DNA of 64,000 nucleotides, from contig CAWHBU010000002.1 in NCBI GenBank assembly GCA_963827685.1, forward strand, positions 384,001-448,000, in the 5' to 3' direction. This document shows, in pieces, positions 10,205 to 20,163 of the stretch. The stretch comes from an uncultured delta proteobacterium. Lineage in GTDB: Bacteria > Desulfobacterota > BSN033 > UBA1163. Under the pieces are notes generated by a model. The model saw nothing but the letters and a program-made list of their open reading frames with translations, did not search any database and was not told the origin of the DNA. The position numbers and the translations under genes were made by a program. Positions within the stretch are counted from its first letter, which is position 1, and every line of letters begins with the position of its first letter.

Positions 10205-11338
10205 ATGATCATTGGGGTACCAAAAGAGATTAAAGAGGATGAGAAAAGGGTGGGCATGACTCCTCAGGGTGTGGATGCCTTAGTTGCACACGGTCATCGT
10301 GTGCTTGTGGAAAGGACGGCAGGGGAGGGCAGCGGTTTCTCTGACCAGGAATATCGGAAAGCTGGAGCAACACTCGTTGAAGGGGCGAAGGGTGTTTGGG
10401 GCGAAGCCGAAATAGTGGTGAAAGTCAAGGAACCCTTGGAGCCAGAATTTCCCCTGATGAGACCCGCTCAAGTTCTCTTTACCTATCTTCATCTGGCTGC
10501 CAGTCGGGAACTCACTTTAAAATTGATGGAGCGGCGGATCGTTGGGATCGGGTATGAAACGGTTCAAGAGCAAGATGGATCTCTTCCTCTTCTTCGGCCA
10601 ATGAGCGAGATTGCGGGAAGGGCCTCGGTTCTCGCGGGAGGAATGTGCTTAGAGGCGAGGCACGGGGGAAGGGGGGTTCTACTCTGTGGGGCTTCGGGCG
10701 TCCCTCCGGCTAAGGTGGTCATCCTTGGAGCGGGGGTGGTGGGTACCAATGCCTGCAAGGTTGCTCTGGGGATCGGCGCCCGCGTCAGCATTCTCGATAT
10801 TCACCCGGAAAGGCTGGCTTATCTCCACGACATTACTCAAGGCCATATTGCCACTTTCATTTCCAATCGAATGACAATCGGAGAAGAGATCGCTGGTGCC
10901 GATCTTGTCATTGGAGCGGTCCTTATCCCAGGTGCTCATGCGCCTAAGCTGGTGACCCGCCAAATGCTGAAGAGGATGCGCCCCGGTTCTGCTGTGGTGG
11001 ATATCTCTGTGGATCAGGGCGGGTGCTTTGAAACTACACGCCCCACCACTCATGAGAATCCCACCTACATCGAAGAAGGAATCGTCCATTATTGCGTGAC
11101 CAATATCCCAGGTGTTTTTCCAAGGACTTCCACCTTTGCCCTCACGAATGCAACATTTCCCTATGTCCTTCAGATTGCAGACAAAGGTTATAAAAAGGCT
11201 ATGCAAGAGAATGCGGCGTTGAGAAAGGGCCTTAATTTGATGGAAGGACAGGTCGTTTATCAAGCCGTGGCCGAGAGTTTCGGATTGCCTTTTATACAGG
11301 AGCCTTTCTCTCCTCCTTCCTTGAAAAAACCTTCCTGA
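10205..11338 (+). CDS. ald: Alanine dehydrogenase
   Basis: MIIGVPKEIK, KVKEP, FTYLHLA, PMSEIAGR, DQGGCFET; RBS GGAGGA before the ATG at 10205. Confidence 0.95.
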   Translation: MIIGVPKEIKEDEKRVGMTPQGVDALVAHGHRVLVERTAGEGSGFSDQEYRKAGATLVEGAKGVWGEAEIVVKVKEPLEPEFPLMRPAQVLFTYLHLAASRELTLKLMERRIVGIGYETVQEQDGSLPLLRPMSEIAGRASVLAGGMCLEARHGGRGVLLCGASGVPPAKVVILGAGVVGTNACKVALGIGARVSILDIHPERLAYLHDITQGHIATFISNRMTIGEEIAGADLVIGAVLIPGAHAPKLVTRQMLKRMRPGSAVVDISVDQGGCFETTRPTTHENPTYIEEGIVHYCVTNIPGVFPRTSTFALTNATFPYVLQIADKGYKKAMQENAALRKGLNLMEGQVVYQAVAESFGLPFIQEPFSPPSLKKPS

Positions 11339-11379
11339 TATGGTAAACCCCCTTAGAAAAGGTAGGGGTGGGTGTTGGA

Positions 11380-12078
11380 ATGGGGAAACCATCCAAAAGA
11401 AAAGGATTGACCATTGCCATCGATGGCCCTTCTGGCGCGGGTAAGAGCACTGTAGCAAGATCTCTAGCCAAACGACTGGATTACATCTATATTGACACAG
11501 GAGCGATGTATCGGTCTGTTGCGCTCAGGGTTAAAGAGAAAAACATCTCACCAGAGAATGAATTAGCTCTCAACCAATTGGCTTCATCCCTTCATATTAC
11601 TTTCTTCACAAAGGGGGAACAAACCCATGTTTTCTGCGGTGGAGAGGATATTACGGAAGCCATACGCACATCGGAAATCAGCCGTCTCGCCTCTTCCATT
11701 TCAAGACAAAAGGGGGTAAGAAAAGCGCTTGTTCGGATGCAGAGGGAGATGGGAAAGGAAGGTGGCGTCATCCTGGAAGGAAGGGATATCGGTACGGTTG
11801 TTTTTCCCGACGCGGATGTAAAATTCTATTTGGATGCCGAGAGCGACGAAAGGGTGGGAAGAAGATACCGTGAAATGGTTGAAAAGGGAGTTCCCGTGGA
11901 TTACAAAGAAACAGAAGAGGAATTAGTTCAAAGGGATCATCATGATACGCATCGGATCCATTCTCCCCTGAAAAAAGCAGACGATGCCCACCTCATTGAC
12001 TCCACCCATCGGTCTGTAGGAGAGGTCGTGGGAGAGATGGTCCGGATCATCAAAGAAAAAATTGGGAGTGATGAGTGA
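11380..12078 (+). CDS. cmk: Cytidylate kinase
   Basis: IAIDGPSGAGKST, DTGAMYR, EGRDIGTVVFPDA. Confidence 0.96.
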   Translation: MGKPSKRKGLTIAIDGPSGAGKSTVARSLAKRLDYIYIDTGAMYRSVALRVKEKNISPENELALNQLASSLHITFFTKGEQTHVFCGGEDITEAIRTSEISRLASSISRQKGVRKALVRMQREMGKEGGVILEGRDIGTVVFPDADVKFYLDAESDERVGRRYREMVEKGVPVDYKETEEELVQRDHHDTHRIHSPLKKADDAHLIDSTHRSVGEVVGEMVRIIKEKIGSDE

Positions 12079-12206
12079 TCAGTTGAGCGTTAAGGATCAC
12101 GAGACACGCCTGCTCACAGAAATATCTAAATAGAAAAGTATATCAGGTAAAGCAGTCACTTCGGCGTGCAGGCACGCCTGCTTGCCTAAACATCTTATCG
12201 GCCGGC

Positions 12207-12333
12207 AAGTGCCCCGCAACCCCCGCCTTGCAGGCGGGGTTAAGGGGCACAATTAAAACGATATTTCCTTTGCTCGCTTTCCGCTCGCCACTACGTGCCC
12301 GGGAAGCCCCGGCCTGTGGCCGGGGAGCTTCAC
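12207..12333 (+). mobile_element. Probable non-autonomous IS200/IS605-type miniature element
   Basis: Two hairpins (CCCCGCCTTGCAGGCGGGG and CCCCGGCCTGTGGCCGGGG); ends in GAAGCCCC...GGGGAGCTTCAC, resembling IS605-type right ends. Confidence 0.45.
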
Positions 12334-12665
12334 TTTCACGTAAATAATGGAACGAAGATTGCCATCACATTAGACCCCCTCACCTTTATCCCCGTAATCG
12401 GGGGATAGGGGAGGGTGAGGGATGGTTGCCGGGGAGAGAGAATCGGCTCAGAGAGGGTGCCTCAATCCCCTCTCGGGTCATCAAAGGGGCAGAGGAGAAG
12501 GTTTGTCACCTGAAAGCCTAAGGGGTTAAAAAGATTTCTGAAAAAGTCCAGAAATCTCTAAATCAGGAGAGCCAAAATAGTTTTTCAAGCTCTCCCAAAA
12601 GATTTGTATTTTTTAACCTGGTGTGGTATATATCATCAAATTCCTTATAGGAAAGGGGTTTTTGA

Positions 12666-14465
12666 ATGGGGAAGGAAGAAATGGCTTCTTCAGAGGAAGA
12701 GAAAAAACAGGCCTCTCTTGAAGGAGAAGAGGGAAGGAGAGAGGTGAAAGACCTTCCTCGCAGGGATGAACCTGAAGATTTTCAAACGCTCTATGAGGAG
12801 AGCCTGAAGACCTTGGAGGAAGGTCAGATTCTTAGAGGAATCGTTGTTGACATTACCCCGGATCATGTGACTGTGGATGTGGGATATAAGTCCGAAGGAC
12901 AGATCCCCATGGAGGAGTTTTTGAAAAGGGATAAGAAGGTCGACGTCAAGATCGGAGACCGGATCGATGTCCTTTTGGAGAAGAAGGAGAGTGAGGAAGG
13001 GTTATTGACCCTCTCGAAGGAGAAGGCAGATAAAATAAGGATTTGGAGGGATATCAGCAGATCCTGCCGGGAAGGGGAGGTCATCGAGGGGGAGATTGTT
13101 GGCAAAGTGAAAGGAGGACTCTCCGTAGATATTGGCCTGATTCAAGCCTTTTTACCCGGCTCTCAAATTGATTTAAAACCCATTCGGAATCTGGATGCCT
13201 TGATCGGCCAACGACTAAAGTTTAAGGTGATCAAGTTCAATCGGAAACGAAACAATATTGTTCTCTCCCGGCGTGTTCTTCTCGATGAAGAGCGGAAACA
13301 GTTAAGAGGGGAAACCTTAAAAAATCTCAAAGAGGGGGATATCGTTGAGGGGACGGTGAAGAATCTCACCGACTACGGTGCCTTCATCGATTTAGGTGGA
13401 ATGGACGGCCTTCTCCATATCACGGATATCTCCTGGGGTAGAATCGGGCATCCATCTGAGAAACTCTCCGTCGGAGATCGGATCAAGGTAAAAGTCCTTC
13501 ACTTTGACCGGGAGAAAGAAAAGGTTTCGTTGGGGTTAAAGCAAGCCCTACCCGATCCGTGGGACTCAGTGCCCAAGCGATATCCAGCGGGTTCCCGGGT
13601 CAAGGGGAAAGTCGTCAATGTGACGGATTACGGAGTCTTTGTGGAGTTGGGAGAGGGAGTCGAAGGGCTCGTCCATATCTCAGAATTGACTTGGAGCAAG
13701 AAAATGAAACACCCCTCCAAGATCGTCCACATCGGTGACACGGTCGAGGTCATGGTCCTCGATTGCGACCCGGTCAAACGCCGAATCTCTTTGGGAATGA
13801 AACAGGTCGAACCCAATCCATGGGCTCTGATCGAGGAGAAATATCCCGTGGGGACTAAAGTGGTGGGAAGGGTAAAAACCGTAACCGATTTCGGCATCTT
13901 CATTGGATTTGATGAGGGCGTGGATGGTCTCGTCCATGTCTCCGAGATGTCATGGACCAAAAAGATCAAACATCCCGGTGAACTTTATAAGAAGGGGCAG
14001 GAAGTGGAGGCAGTGGTCTTGAATATTGATCGCAAGAATGAGCGCTTCTCGTTAGGCATTAAACAATTGACTCCTGACCCCTGGAAGGATGTTGCTCGGC
14101 GATATCGAAAAGGAGAGGTGGTCGGAGGGAAGGTCACCAATGTCACCGATTTTGGTGCCTTTGTGGAACTGGAAGAGGGGATTGAAGGACTCGTCCATGT
14201 TTCTGAGATCAGTCGGGAGAAAGTGGAGAAACCCTCGGATGCCCTGAAGGTCGGGGATACCCTATCTGCCATAGTCCTTCACATCGATCCCTATGAACGG
14301 AGAATTGGCCTCAGCATCAAAGGGCTCAAAGAGAAGACCGAGGAGGCGGAGATCGAAAAATATATCTCGGACCAAGGATCCACTTCTCACAGGTTGGGGG
14401 AATTGATTCAGGAGGAGATGGAAAAACGAGGAGGCGGATTGCCTTCTAAGAAGGAGGGGGATTGA
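12666..14465 (+). CDS. rpsA: 30S ribosomal protein S1
   Basis: Six S1 repeats (DYGAFIDLGGMDGLLHITD, GLVHISEL etc.), DVGYKSEG. Confidence 0.97.
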   Translation: MGKEEMASSEEEKKQASLEGEEGRREVKDLPRRDEPEDFQTLYEESLKTLEEGQILRGIVVDITPDHVTVDVGYKSEGQIPMEEFLKRDKKVDVKIGDRIDVLLEKKESEEGLLTLSKEKADKIRIWRDISRSCREGEVIEGEIVGKVKGGLSVDIGLIQAFLPGSQIDLKPIRNLDALIGQRLKFKVIKFNRKRNNIVLSRRVLLDEERKQLRGETLKNLKEGDIVEGTVKNLTDYGAFIDLGGMDGLLHITDISWGRIGHPSEKLSVGDRIKVKVLHFDREKEKVSLGLKQALPDPWDSVPKRYPAGSRVKGKVVNVTDYGVFVELGEGVEGLVHISELTWSKKMKHPSKIVHIGDTVEVMVLDCDPVKRRISLGMKQVEPNPWALIEEKYPVGTKVVGRVKTVTDFGIFIGFDEGVDGLVHVSEMSWTKKIKHPGELYKKGQEVEAVVLNIDRKNERFSLGIKQLTPDPWKDVARRYRKGEVVGGKVTNVTDFGAFVELEEGIEGLVHVSEISREKVEKPSDALKVGDTLSAIVLHIDPYERRIGLSIKGLKEKTEEAEIEKYISDQGSTSHRLGELIQEEMEKRGGGLPSKKEGD

Positions 14466-14468
14466 GCC

Positions 14469-15179
14469 TCACACCCTCTTGACATAAATATTCTTCACAA
14501 TATCCCTATCCAACGCAAGCGTTGTTTCTCCAATCTGTAAGACATAGGAAGGGTTTTTCTGGTGCATCCTGAGGATGCTGCCCGGAACGATGCCCAGGGT
14601 GCTCAACCGATCGAGCCTTTGGTGTGATTTGGGTGCGATGAAGACGATTCGACCCTCCTCGCCCAATCCCAATTCCTCAAGAGGAGTGACGAGAGGTTTC
14701 ATCTCTTTTCTAAATTTTGCACAGCAATCTCCTCTCGGAATTGGTTTTCCATGGATGCAAGTGGGCGGATGGCCGAGAAAGGTGCAGACGCTTTCCGTTA
14801 CTCCGGGACTCAAGATGTGTTCGAGTTTGCAAGCCTCTTCTTCGACTTCCTCTTCGGACATCTCAAAAATTTCATAGAGGAGTCTCTCTGTTAAGCGGTG
14901 ACGTCGAACGATCTCCCTTGCCTTCTCCTCCCCACGTTCCTTGAGGATCATCCGATTGCCTTCTATTTCAAAGAGATCGTCCTTGATCATCTTGCGGAGA
15001 ATGGAATTCGCTTCAATGTCCCGGGTCGTCCCAAGAAGGTGGTCCATATCCGACACCCCTTCTTCTCTTAAGGTCCAGACGAGCTCGAGGAGTTCATCGA
15101 TCCGGTCCTCTTCCACCCCGTCAACGGATGCGCCCATCCTTTGATGGTGGCCTCTTTTAGGTTCAGATTCTTTCGTCAT
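14469..15179 (-). CDS. DtxR/MntR-family metal-dependent regulator with C-terminal FeoA domain
   Basis: VRRHRLTERLL, EACKLEH, CIHGKPIP, then LSTLGIVPG FeoA motif. Confidence 0.88.
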   Translation of the reverse strand: MTKESEPKRGHHQRMGASVDGVEEDRIDELLELVWTLREEGVSDMDHLLGTTRDIEANSILRKMIKDDLFEIEGNRMILKERGEEKAREIVRRHRLTERLLYEIFEMSEEEVEEEACKLEHILSPGVTESVCTFLGHPPTCIHGKPIPRGDCCAKFRKEMKPLVTPLEELGLGEEGRIVFIAPKSHQRLDRLSTLGIVPGSILRMHQKNPSYVLQIGETTLALDRDIVKNIYVKRV

Positions 15180-15373
15180 GGTTTCGCCTTTCTTTTCCGT
15201 AAGGATTTAAAAAAATCGATGATGGCAGATTGTTCCTTATAGCTATACCCACAATGGGGACAGCAGAGGAGATTACAGTTCTTTGAAAGAAGGCAACCCG
15301 AATGGCATTTCATCTCCTCAGGAGAAAATTGCTTCCCACAAAGGGGACACCGGTAAGTGGTAGGTTTCTGCAT
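15176..15373 (-). CDS. Small cysteine-rich protein in the feoB operon
   Basis: CPLC, CHSGC, C...CCPHC; abuts feoB and overlaps the DtxR-gene start. Confidence 0.7.
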   Translation of the reverse strand: MQKPTTYRCPLCGKQFSPEEMKCHSGCLLSKNCNLLCCPHCGYSYKEQSAIIDFFKSLRKRKAKP

Positions 15374-15374
15374 A

Positions 15375-17348
15375 TTACACTCCAAAAATGTTTAATAAAA
15401 AATTTACAATCCCACCCACTCCAAAAGCAATGGGGATGATCACCGCCGATATCCACAGAGCTTTTCTTAAACCTCTCTCTTTGATCATCATAAAAAACTG
15501 GGCAATGCAGGGGATGAAAAGAGTGATGGTTACCAGGCTAACCAGGATTTGATGGGAATTGAGTTGCCCCTCTTTGGCTAGAATGAATAGACCTGCTGCT
15601 CCGTAGTCTCTTCGAAGAAATCCAATGAGGAATGCTTCCGTCACCTTAGGGGGAAGACCCAGAAAATGGACGATCAACGGGGTGGCAGCCCTTTCTAAAA
15701 GGGTTAAGACTTCTGTTTTGTGAAGTACAAAAAGAATCACGGTGCCCAGGATGAAAAGGGGAACAGCTTCTTTCAGGTACCATTCAATCCGGGCCAGGGT
15801 TTTGACGATCACATTGGAGATGAGAGGAATCCTTAAGGGTGGAATCTCCAAGATGAAATCAGAACCTTCACCCGGAATCACCCGCGATGCCAAATAACCC
15901 ACCAAGATCAGAATCCCAGCGATAATAAATATCCATGTGAAGAGGTAGAGGGCAGGAAGGGTTGCAAACATTCCAAGGGTGACCCCTAATTGGGCAGAAC
16001 AGGGTACCGCAAGGGCTAAAAGCAGTGTCACAATGGTCCTATCTTTTTCCGTCTCCAGGATCCGAGTGGTCATGGTAGCCATCGTGTCGCATCCGAGACC
16101 CAGAACCATGGGCAACACCGCCTTTCCATTTAACCCCATTTTTTTGAAGATCTGATTGGTCATCACGGCCAGTCTGGGTAAGTATCCCGAATCCTCCATC
16201 AGTCCAAAAACCAGAAAGAAACAGCCGACAATGGGGAGAACGATCGCAATGGCATACGTGAGAGCCATGGTGAGAACCCCATAGGGGCCGATAAAAAATT
16301 CTTGAATGAAGGGGATAGGGACAAAGAGCTGGAAGAGAGTGGTGACGGGCGGAAGAACCCATTTTCCAAACAGGGTTTCCTCTAAGAATTTGACACTGGT
16401 CTGTGCTCCGAAGACTCCGACAAATTCATAAGTGGCCCAGAGGATGAACAGAAGGATAGGGATCCCCCAGATAGGATGGAGGGAGAGGTTTCCTAAAAAG
16501 GAAGATATGGATTTGGGCGCCTCTCCTCGCAGCCCCATTACTTTTGACAAGAGCTCATCGACTTTCCGGAGCCTGGCCTGATTGATCAAATAACCGATCG
16601 AATCGGCAAGGTGAATCTGGATCTCGTGCCGGATTTTTTCAATTTGTTGAATATCCTTTTCTGAAAGGTTCGTGTGGAGCCATTCGGCAAGGCTCTCGTC
16701 TCCGGAGAGCAGCATGAGGGCTAAAGAGCGTTTGGAAATAGAGGCTTCAGGAAGGAGGGAGGTTATTTTTGAGAGGCCGCCTTCAATGACGTCTGGATAG
16801 TTGACCGAGATCGAGGAGGGCGGGCGAGCTTGAAGATTTTCTTTGATCTTCTCGAGACCTTTTTGTCTGGTGGCCACTGTTTTCAGGATGGGGGCGTCCA
16901 AGATCTCGGATAAGGTCTGGGTTTTAATTTCAATGCCTCTGCTCTTTGCCTCATCCCACATATTCAGGAGGACGATGAACGGAAGTCCCATCTCCGACAG
17001 CTGAAGAGAGATGAGAAGGCCCCGACGAATATTTTTCGTGTCGATGACCTGGACCAAATAGCTTTTGGGCTCTTTGAGGAGGATGTCTCGGGTCACCTTC
17101 TCATCTTCTGACATCGGGATGAGGGAATTGACGCCAGGGGTATCAAGCACCTGGAACTTCTTCCCATGAGCGGACAGAGTCCCGGTTGAAACTTCCACGG
17201 TGGTCCCCGGATAGTTTGAGACGGTCACATATTTTCCGGTGAGATAATTGAAGATGACCGATTTCCCAACGTTCGGATTTCCAATGAGAATCACTTTTTC
17301 TCTGGAAACATCGGTCCATTTCAGTACTATTTTGCTCGAAGATTCCAT
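15375..17348 (-). CDS. feoB: Ferrous iron transporter FeoB
   Basis: GNPNVGKS, NYPGTTVE, DTPG, EDSGYLPR, membrane domain. Confidence 0.96.
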   Translation of the reverse strand: MESSSKIVLKWTDVSREKVILIGNPNVGKSVIFNYLTGKYVTVSNYPGTTVEVSTGTLSAHGKKFQVLDTPGVNSLIPMSEDEKVTRDILLKEPKSYLVQVIDTKNIRRGLLISLQLSEMGLPFIVLLNMWDEAKSRGIEIKTQTLSEILDAPILKTVATRQKGLEKIKENLQARPPSSISVNYPDVIEGGLSKITSLLPEASISKRSLALMLLSGDESLAEWLHTNLSEKDIQQIEKIRHEIQIHLADSIGYLINQARLRKVDELLSKVMGLRGEAPKSISSFLGNLSLHPIWGIPILLFILWATYEFVGVFGAQTSVKFLEETLFGKWVLPPVTTLFQLFVPIPFIQEFFIGPYGVLTMALTYAIAIVLPIVGCFFLVFGLMEDSGYLPRLAVMTNQIFKKMGLNGKAVLPMVLGLGCDTMATMTTRILETEKDRTIVTLLLALAVPCSAQLGVTLGMFATLPALYLFTWIFIIAGILILVGYLASRVIPGEGSDFILEIPPLRIPLISNVIVKTLARIEWYLKEAVPLFILGTVILFVLHKTEVLTLLERAATPLIVHFLGLPPKVTEAFLIGFLRRDYGAAGLFILAKEGQLNSHQILVSLVTITLFIPCIAQFFMMIKERGLRKALWISAVIIPIAFGVGGIVNFLLNIFGV

Positions 17349-17351
17349 CCC

Positions 17352-17801
17352 CTAACGTTTTCTCCTGGCGGTTCTCTTCTTCCGGTTACATTCCTCACAG
17401 CGGCCGTAGAGCTCCAGGCGATGATGAGAGATCTTAAATCGGTGATGTTGAGCAATCTCATCCTGGAGCGCCTCAAGCGTTTGGTCCTCGAATTCAATGA
17501 TCTTTCCGCAATCCAGACAGATCAAGTGATCGTGATGGTTTCCTTCTGAAGCGGGTTCATATCGCGTCTCTTTGTCACCAAATTTCCGTTGGGTTGCAAG
17601 ACCGAGACGGGTGAGGAGCTTCAGGGTGCGATAAACGGTTGTGTAGCCGATTTTAGGATCTGTTTTGACGACCTGGGCATAAATTTGTGCGAGGCTTTTA
17701 TGCCCGGTCGAATTCAGGAAGATGTTGAGGATTTCTTCCCGCTGTCGGGTCGCGTTCAGCCCTTCTTCAGAAATTCGCGCTTTAAAAAGATCGGTCTTCA
17801 C
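17352..17801 (-). CDS. fur: Fur-family transcriptional regulator
   Basis: TRQREEIL, TTVYRTL, HHDHLICLDCG, CEEC. Confidence 0.93.
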   Translation of the reverse strand: MKTDLFKARISEEGLNATRQREEILNIFLNSTGHKSLAQIYAQVVKTDPKIGYTTVYRTLKLLTRLGLATQRKFGDKETRYEPASEGNHHDHLICLDCGKIIEFEDQTLEALQDEIAQHHRFKISHHRLELYGRCEECNRKKRTARRKR

Positions 17802-17816
17802 CCTTCATCCCCATTT

Positions 17817-17837
17817 TGAAATTGAATTTCAATTTCA
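17817..17837. promoter_or_regulatory. Fur-type operator (perfect 10-1-10 palindrome)
   Basis: TGAAATTGAA-T-TTCAATTTCA, 15 bp upstream of fur. Confidence 0.75.
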
Positions 17838-17926
17838 CTTTAACCCATAGCCTCCGATTTGTCAATGTTGAAATTGACCTTGCCTCTGCTCTCTGTTAAG
17901 ATTTTTTAAAGGGATGAATACGACCG

Positions 17927-18934
17927 ATGACCTCTCATCACAGCCCAGGTTTAGAGGGATACGAAAAGATCGTCACCCACAATGACTTCGACGGCATCAT
18001 CAGTGCCTCTCTCTGTTCCTGGGTTTTGAAAGTTCAGAAGGTGATCTTTGCGGGCCCGCTTAATATTGCCCGTTCTCAAATCACGATCACCGAGAAAGAT
18101 GTGGTCTGTGATTTGCCTTATCCCCTCCAATGTGGACTCTGGTTCGATCATCACGAAGGAAATCTTCAGGAATTGACACTCCGTAAAATTGATCCTAAAT
18201 CGATTCCTGGCCGATTTGATTTGAGGCCGAGTTGCAGCCGGGTGGTTTATGAATATTTTTCTGAAAGGGAAGAGCTTCCTTCCTATTTTTTGAAGGCGGT
18301 TGAAGAGGCGGATGTCATTGATAGCTTTTCTTTCTCTTCGATAGAGGATTGGAGGCGAGAGACCCCTGGAACGGTGATTGATTTAACTTTAAAGGTCTCT
18401 TTTCAATCAACCGAGGATCAGGCGAGCTACATGAGAAACTTAGTTCAACAACTTCGAGACCGTTCCATCGAAGAGGTATCCCGTCTCGACTTTGTCCAGA
18501 AATGGTTGAAAAAATATCGAGAAGAAGAGGGACGGATGCTTCGAATGATTCGGGATGCCTCTTATTTCATTGAACGGGACGAAAAGAAAGAGGTGGTCGT
18601 CATCGATCTCACGCCTTATCAACGGAGACCCCACCTCATCAAGAACCTGGCCTTCTTGGTCTATCCTGAAGCCTTGGGGGTTTTGGAGGTCTATAGTCTG
18701 ATGGACCACCAAGGAGTGAAGAGTAATCATCTCGGTCTCTCAATGTCCCTTTCTATTAACGGAAATAGAAAAGATCAGAGTAAGAATATCGGCGAGATCA
18801 TGCGAACTCTCAACATCGGAGACGGCCATCCGGGGGCAGCCGCAGGGACGGTTCACTGTAAGTCGAAACAGGAGATGCTGAAGAAGAAAAAGGAGTTGCT
18901 CAATCAGATCTTTAAACTTTGGTCTTCCCAATAA
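17927..18934 (+). CDS. DHH-superfamily phosphoesterase-like protein
   Basis: THNDFDG, CDLPY, WFDHH, GDGHPGAA motifs. Confidence 0.75.
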   Translation: MTSHHSPGLEGYEKIVTHNDFDGIISASLCSWVLKVQKVIFAGPLNIARSQITITEKDVVCDLPYPLQCGLWFDHHEGNLQELTLRKIDPKSIPGRFDLRPSCSRVVYEYFSEREELPSYFLKAVEEADVIDSFSFSSIEDWRRETPGTVIDLTLKVSFQSTEDQASYMRNLVQQLRDRSIEEVSRLDFVQKWLKKYREEEGRMLRMIRDASYFIERDEKKEVVVIDLTPYQRRPHLIKNLAFLVYPEALGVLEVYSLMDHQGVKSNHLGLSMSLSINGNRKDQSKNIGEIMRTLNIGDGHPGAAAGTVHCKSKQEMLKKKKELLNQIFKLWSSQ

Positions 18935-19032
18935 AGTAAAAAATAGCTAAAGCTGGAAAAGGCAAATGGGAAATGGGAGATTAGAAAGGGAAGGGGGCTT
19001 CAACATTTTTTAAGGCACCCTTCCCCAATGTT

Positions 19033-19300
19033 CTATTTTAAGAAGAGAGATTCGTGGGCGTTTGTACCTGCCTTATATCTTGTATCGTCTTTACCCTATC
19101 CTGTGCGGCACCCATTGCACGAATTTGGGACCGCGTTTTTGGGGTTCTTCCTGAGCATGTCAAGGTTCAGACTGGGCTGGATAATCTCAAATCATGGGCG
19201 TGCACATCATCCGCCCCTGCAAGGAGATACGGTCTTTATCACATCGCACCAAAAGCATCAACCAGTACCTACGTCCCTGGGGCATAGTAATGTTTAGATT
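19033..19300 (-). pseudogene. Eroded C-terminal remnant of a multiheme cytochrome c
   Basis: Across two frames with stops: DDVHAHD / FEIIQPSLNLDMLRKNPKNAVPNSCNGCR (degenerate CxxCH). Confidence 0.4.
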
Positions 19301-19325
19301 ACATTCGAAAAATCAACTATTATTC

Positions 19326-20162
19326 CTATGGATAGGGAAGTAGTTTTCCCCTGGCCAGAGTGATGTGCTCTTCTTTTCCAACGTGGGGATGATGGCATCG
19401 GGTGCAGGATTTTAGGGCATTCCCCCTCGCTATTTTTCCACCCTCCGGGGCATTGGTACCCATCATCATCTCTTGATATTTTTCACCCGGGCCATGACAG
19501 GCTTCACATCCCACGTTTTTCTCTTGATAGGTTTTCTTTTCCGAATTATATCCTGTTGCATGACAAGGGATACATTTCGTCTGATCCTTTTCGTTCTGGA
19601 TCAGAGAGAAGGCTTTTTGTGCCATCAAAGATTTTCTCCAGACGTCAATGTAGCTCTTGTTCATGCTTTCATGGCATTCGATGCAGGCATTAGAGCCGAC
19701 ATAGGCTGCTTCTTCTTGGGCAAAAAGAGCCGTCTCCTTGGGCGCTGCTTCTTCGGGATAGGTGGGTGCTGTTTTCTCCCAGTTTCGAATAAAGGCCACC
19801 AGTTGATTGATCTGTTCCGGATTCAGGGGGCCTCCCTCTTTCTCCCCGAGAGCAACCATCCCTGTTCCGGGAATTCCGCGTTCAATGATTTTATAAAGGA
19901 TAGTGTCATTGACCGCCTTGAGGTAGTTTCTTGAGTTGATGGCACGGATTCCTCTCTGAGGGGCTCCGTTCTCTCCGTGGCATCGAGCGCAATGTTTCTG
20001 GTAGAGGATGTTCCCCTTTCCTGCGGCCTCCAATTTCATCTGTTCAGCCTCAACTCTCACACGATGGGACTCCAATAGCCAATAGGCTGTTAGGAGGGTA
20101 GCAATGGCCACTGTCAATATCATAGCGATAAATATCTTCTTTTCCGTCACGTTTTTTAACAT
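19326..20162 (-). CDS. Membrane-anchored pentaheme cytochrome c (class I heme plus c554-like tetraheme part)
   Basis: N-terminal TM; CARCH, CIECH, CIPCH, CEACH, CTRCH. Confidence 0.85.
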   Translation of the reverse strand: MLKNVTEKKIFIAMILTVAIATLLTAYWLLESHRVRVEAEQMKLEAAGKGNILYQKHCARCHGENGAPQRGIRAINSRNYLKAVNDTILYKIIERGIPGTGMVALGEKEGGPLNPEQINQLVAFIRNWEKTAPTYPEEAAPKETALFAQEEAAYVGSNACIECHESMNKSYIDVWRKSLMAQKAFSLIQNEKDQTKCIPCHATGYNSEKKTYQEKNVGCEACHGPGEKYQEMMMGTNAPEGGKIARGNALKSCTRCHHPHVGKEEHITLARGKLLPYP

Positions 20163-20163
20163 C

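Noticed and set aside
10679-11458. 259-aa minus-strand ORF
   Set aside because: Antisense shadow of ald with no motifs
19028-19297. Plus-strand 77-89-aa ORFs
   Set aside because: No features; the opposite strand is better explained as a cytochrome remnant
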